Notes under the pieces: generated by a model
What the model saw: only the letters and a program-made list of their open reading frames with translations
Told to the model about the DNA's origin: nothing
The model's database searches: none
From: Gemmatimonadota bacterium
Lineage (GTDB): Bacteria; Gemmatimonadota; Gemmatimonadetes; Gemmatimonadales; GWC2-71-9
NCBI GenBank assembly: GCA_036679605.1
Contig: JAZDCZ010000150.1
Span: 1 to 18,824, forward strand
DNA: 18,824 nt
Reading direction: 5' to 3'
Part shown: positions 16,469 through 18,824 of the stretch, piece by piece
Numbering within the stretch: the first letter of the stretch is position 1
How the letters are laid out: each line of letters opens with the position of its first letter
Translations under genes and position numbers: made by a program

Positions 16469-16687
16469 TCACGCCTTGCCGGATTCATACTTGAATGACA
16501 GGCTCAGCTTGGCGCGGTACGCAACAACGCTGCCGTTCTCGACCTTGACGTCCAGCTCCTTTACCTCGGCAACTCTCAGGTCCTTCAAACTCTTGCCGGC
16601 GACCTCCACTGCGTTCTTGGCAGCATCTTCCCAAGAACTGTCGCTCGTTCCCACCAACTCTATCACCTTGTAAACGGTGTCCGACAT
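16469..16687 (-). CDS. Dodecin (flavin-binding), 72 aa
   Basis: VYKVIELVGTS..SWEDA.KNAV..A.KSL.DLRVAEV..LD...YR.KL.LSFK; GAGGAGGAG RBS before ATG 16687. Confidence 0.95.
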   Translation of the reverse strand: MSDTVYKVIELVGTSDSSWEDAAKNAVEVAGKSLKDLRVAEVKELDVKVENGSVVAYRAKLSLSFKYESGKA

Positions 16688-16834
16688 ATGCTCCTCCTCT
16701 GGTTGGATCTGTTTGCGTCGTGCGTGTCCGGCACAACATATACTCCGATAGCTAGGCGATAATGCTGCGCTGTCGTCCACTAGTTGACAAGTCCACGGTG
16801 CGCAGCGGCCGGGCCGTTTCTATAGGCACCTTCG

Positions 16835-17224
16835 TCAGGCTGGAGGCGTGCTCGTGTTCCAAATATCCCTGTGCAGCTTCCAGTCGTCTCCATCGCGTTT
16901 CCAGATCACGATATACTTGCCGTGGTCGGCGACCGCACCATCAGCGTCCATGAGTTGGTAGCGGCCTTGCTCCACGGCGGTGCCCCCGTACTCCTCCAAC
17001 TCAATCGTCTCGAGTTTCGCGCCCTTGAGGCCCATGTCTATGACAGCTTGCCAGAAGCCCGCAATCCCTTCTGTGCCCGCAACTACCTCGCTGTTTGGTG
17101 GTGCCAACTGTCCCTCAGCCGTGTAGAGGGCGGCCATACCTGTCGTGTCACCATCACCGAACGCGGCCATAAATGCTTGATTCGCACTCGCGATGCTTTC
17201 GGTCACTGCACTCGAAGCTCCCAT
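16835..17224 (-). CDS. NTF2-like/SnoaL-fold protein (DUF4440/YybH type)
   Basis: AN.AFMAAF.DGD...AALYT..G...PPN, AVEQGRY, GKYIVIWKR..DDWKLHRDIWN; AAGGAGG RBS. Confidence 0.92.
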   Translation of the reverse strand: MGASSAVTESIASANQAFMAAFGDGDTTGMAALYTAEGQLAPPNSEVVAGTEGIAGFWQAVIDMGLKGAKLETIELEEYGGTAVEQGRYQLMDADGAVADHGKYIVIWKRDGDDWKLHRDIWNTSTPPA

Positions 17225-17237
17225 AGTTGTTCCTCCT

Positions 17238-17259
17238 TTAGTAGTAGCTTAGTAGTAGC
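17238..17259. repeat. 11-bp exact tandem duplication TTAGTAGTAGC x2
   Basis: 17238-17248 and 17249-17259 are identical. Confidence 0.85.
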
Positions 17260-17279
17260 TCAGGCATGTGATCGTGGTC

Positions 17280-17507
17280 TTACGACACCGTGCTTGCAAG
17301 CTTCTCCGCAATCCAGACCTTGATCACGGACTGGCGGGTAACACCGAGACGTTTTGCCTCCCGGTCAAGCGATGCTACCATCCACGAGGGGAAGTCGACG
17401 TTGACACGGCGTTGCTCCAACGCCGGTCGGCGGGCCTTGGCCACGTCGAGGTCAGCTGTGACGTCCTCACCTCGGTCGAACTTGCGGTCGAACTCCTCAG
17501 CCTTCAT
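17280..17507 (-). CDS. brnA: BrnA/CopG-type antitoxin (75 aa)
   Basis: MKAEEFD.KFD.GED...LD..KARRP..RVNVDFPSWM..SLDREA.RLGVTRQS.IK.W; ATG 17507 overlaps the toxin end. Confidence 0.92.
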   Translation of the reverse strand: MKAEEFDRKFDRGEDVTADLDVAKARRPALEQRRVNVDFPSWMVASLDREAKRLGVTRQSVIKVWIAEKLASTVS

Positions 17508-17757
17508 AGATAGCCACCTCCTCCGGACGGGATCGACGGGCGGATATGAGTCGGACCCGCTCATCGCTGTAGGTTATGACCGCAGACCAGAACGTGCCGG
17601 CGACCGATCCCACCACCAAGAATCGGGGTTCATCTCGGGTACGAGCAGGGATTTCGACGAACATCTCGTCGAGCCACAATGCTTGCACCTCAATGAAGTC
17701 GATGCCGTGTTTCGCCTTATTTGCCCTACTCTTGACGCCATCGAACTCAAATTCCAC
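17497..17757 (-). CDS. brnT: BrnT family ribonuclease toxin (86 aa)
   Basis: FEFD..KS.AN..KHGIDF, DEPRF, VRLISARRSR..E..Y; GAGGAG RBS 6 nt before GTG 17757. Confidence 0.94.
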   Translation of the reverse strand: MEFEFDGVKSRANKAKHGIDFIEVQALWLDEMFVEIPARTRDEPRFLVVGSVAGTFWSAVITYSDERVRLISARRSRPEEVAIYEG

Positions 17758-17785
17758 CAATATCTCCTCAATGGCACCCTTTTTG

Positions 17786-17800
17786 GTATAAAAAATATAC
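17786..17800 (-). promoter_or_regulatory. Probable brnTA operator/promoter
   Basis: Palindrome GTATA-N5-TATAC in an AT-rich patch about 30 nt upstream of brnT. Confidence 0.6.
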
Positions 17801-17899
17801 TATTTACGGACACAGCGAACAAGTCCGGAGTCAGACAGCCTATCGGAATCGGGACTGCCGGGATTTGATCGAAATGCCTTAAGCCGGAGGCGAGAAATC

Positions 17900-17942
17900 T
17901 TGACACGCTATATGGGGCGCCGATATTCGTAATTTGCGAATA
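17900..17942 (+). promoter_or_regulatory. Putative promoter with palindromic operator upstream of the DinB-like gene
   Basis: TTGACA 17900-17905, GATATT 17922-17927; near-perfect palindrome TATTCGTAA-T-TTGCGAATA 17924-17942. Confidence 0.55.
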
Positions 17943-18095
17943 CAGAAGTGGCGTTCGATCTTGTAGCGGCCGGCGAGGGCGGTCGAGAGCTTGGACGTGA
18001 TCTCGGTCATGGGGCTAAGATGCAGTGCCGAAGCTCAGGTGGCCAGCTCCACCCGAGGTTGGCATTATGAAGGAGAACTCGGAGCGACTAAAGTC

Positions 18096-18560
18096 GTGAC
18101 AATCGAAGATCAGATCGTCGGGCTCGAGCGCAGCGTTAAGGCCTTTGCGCGGTGCGTTACTTCCCTTGAGGATCAGCGTTTCCTCCAAAAGCTGAATGGC
18201 TGGACGCCCAGAGATATCGTGGCTCACCTCGTTGGTTGGAACAGGTATGTAGTCAAGGGTGCTAGACAAATACTACGGGGGGAGCTGCCATTCTATGACA
18301 TTGATCCTGGCTACAATTACTCCAAGGTGAATGCCGTTCTCGTGCGCGAACACTCGTCGAGCAATAGCGAGGAGCTGCTTACGGATCTCCGACGTTCAGC
18401 CCGCGAGCTGAAGGAGTTCTTGAGGTCAGTGGATCTGAGCGACTGGAACCGAGACCACGGCGTAAGACATGGCGGTTCGACGATTACCATAGAAACCACT
18501 GTGGACGAACTCATTGCCGACTATGATCACCACCGGAAGCAGATCGAACGGTGCCTATGA
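18096..18560 (+). CDS. DinB/YfiT-superfamily four-helix-bundle protein (ClbS/DfsB or MDMPI-N-like), about 154 aa
   Basis: GWTPRDIVAHLVGWN and C-terminal DYDHHRKQI metal-site pattern; GTG 18096 with GGAG upstream (start uncertain). Confidence 0.85.
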   Translation: MTIEDQIVGLERSVKAFARCVTSLEDQRFLQKLNGWTPRDIVAHLVGWNRYVVKGARQILRGELPFYDIDPGYNYSKVNAVLVREHSSSNSEELLTDLRRSARELKEFLRSVDLSDWNRDHGVRHGGSTITIETTVDELIADYDHHRKQIERCL

Positions 18561-18824
18561 GACCGGCGCACACCCCACACACTGCAACCTGCGCACCCCT
18601 CACCAGAATCAGCACTTCTCACAGACCCCCCATAATAGTACGAACCCAACCTGCTCGGCTTGGTTGGTGGGGCCTCACCATCGGGCTGCTTAATGGTGGA
18701 GGCCTTACCGGAGTTCTATGAAAGCGATTGTCAATGGCACACCTCGCCGCCGCCGATTGCTGGGGATTTTGTCCATGGGCAATCAGCCCTGACTGTTGAG
18801 GGGACGAGGCCTTCCGGTGCTTCT

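Noticed and set aside
5083..16751. CTATCGGAGTA at 5083-5093 and its reverse complement at 16741-16751
   Set aside because: A single 11-bp match is expected by chance in a window this size.
16764..16806. GCTGCGC/GCGCAGC inverted repeat between DUF4440 and dodecin
   Set aside because: Large loop and no U-tract; too weak to call a terminator.
242..17757. Integron cassette array explaining the TA modules
   Set aside because: Mixed gene orientations, no intI, and no repeated RYYYAAC...GTTRRRY sites found after the genes.
18563..18571. Minus-strand GTGCGCCGG resembling a group II intron 5' end
   Set aside because: It would run into the intact DinB-like gene; no domain V or reverse transcriptase in the window.
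1..18824. CRISPR array, tRNA or rRNA genes
   Set aside because: No regularly spaced repeats, cloverleaf with T-loop motif or rRNA signature seen.

Overview
GC-rich bacterial window, probably Gemmatimonadota-like (inferred from the ERLDFAERLL small membrane protein and the large Asp-box/VPS10-type secreted protein; not verified). Ordinary metabolic and envelope genes (secreted M20D amidohydrolase, PQQ sugar dehydrogenase, LCM-type methyltransferase, 1.1-kaa BNR/VPS10 protein, FG-GAP lipoprotein, DUF4440, dodecin, ThDP enzyme + aldehyde dehydrogenase, DinB-like protein) alternate with five different toxin-antitoxin-type pairs: MazEF, VapBC, HigBA-like (DUF891/XRE), an AbiEii-type nucleotidyltransferase with an unusual 88-aa partner, and BrnTA. 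No integrase, transposase or attC array is visible. Best leads: (1) a putative 2-oxoglutarate decarboxylase/ALDH21-type succinic semialdehyde dehydrogenase TCA bypass; (2) the non-canonical AbiEii pair preceded by a long hairpin; (3) a densely base-paired, unidentified + strand RNA-like segment at 1-238; (4) identical leaderless-promoter geometry in three TA operons. Short gene relics next to several TA modules suggest an insertion hotspot. All family calls come from motifs read by eye.
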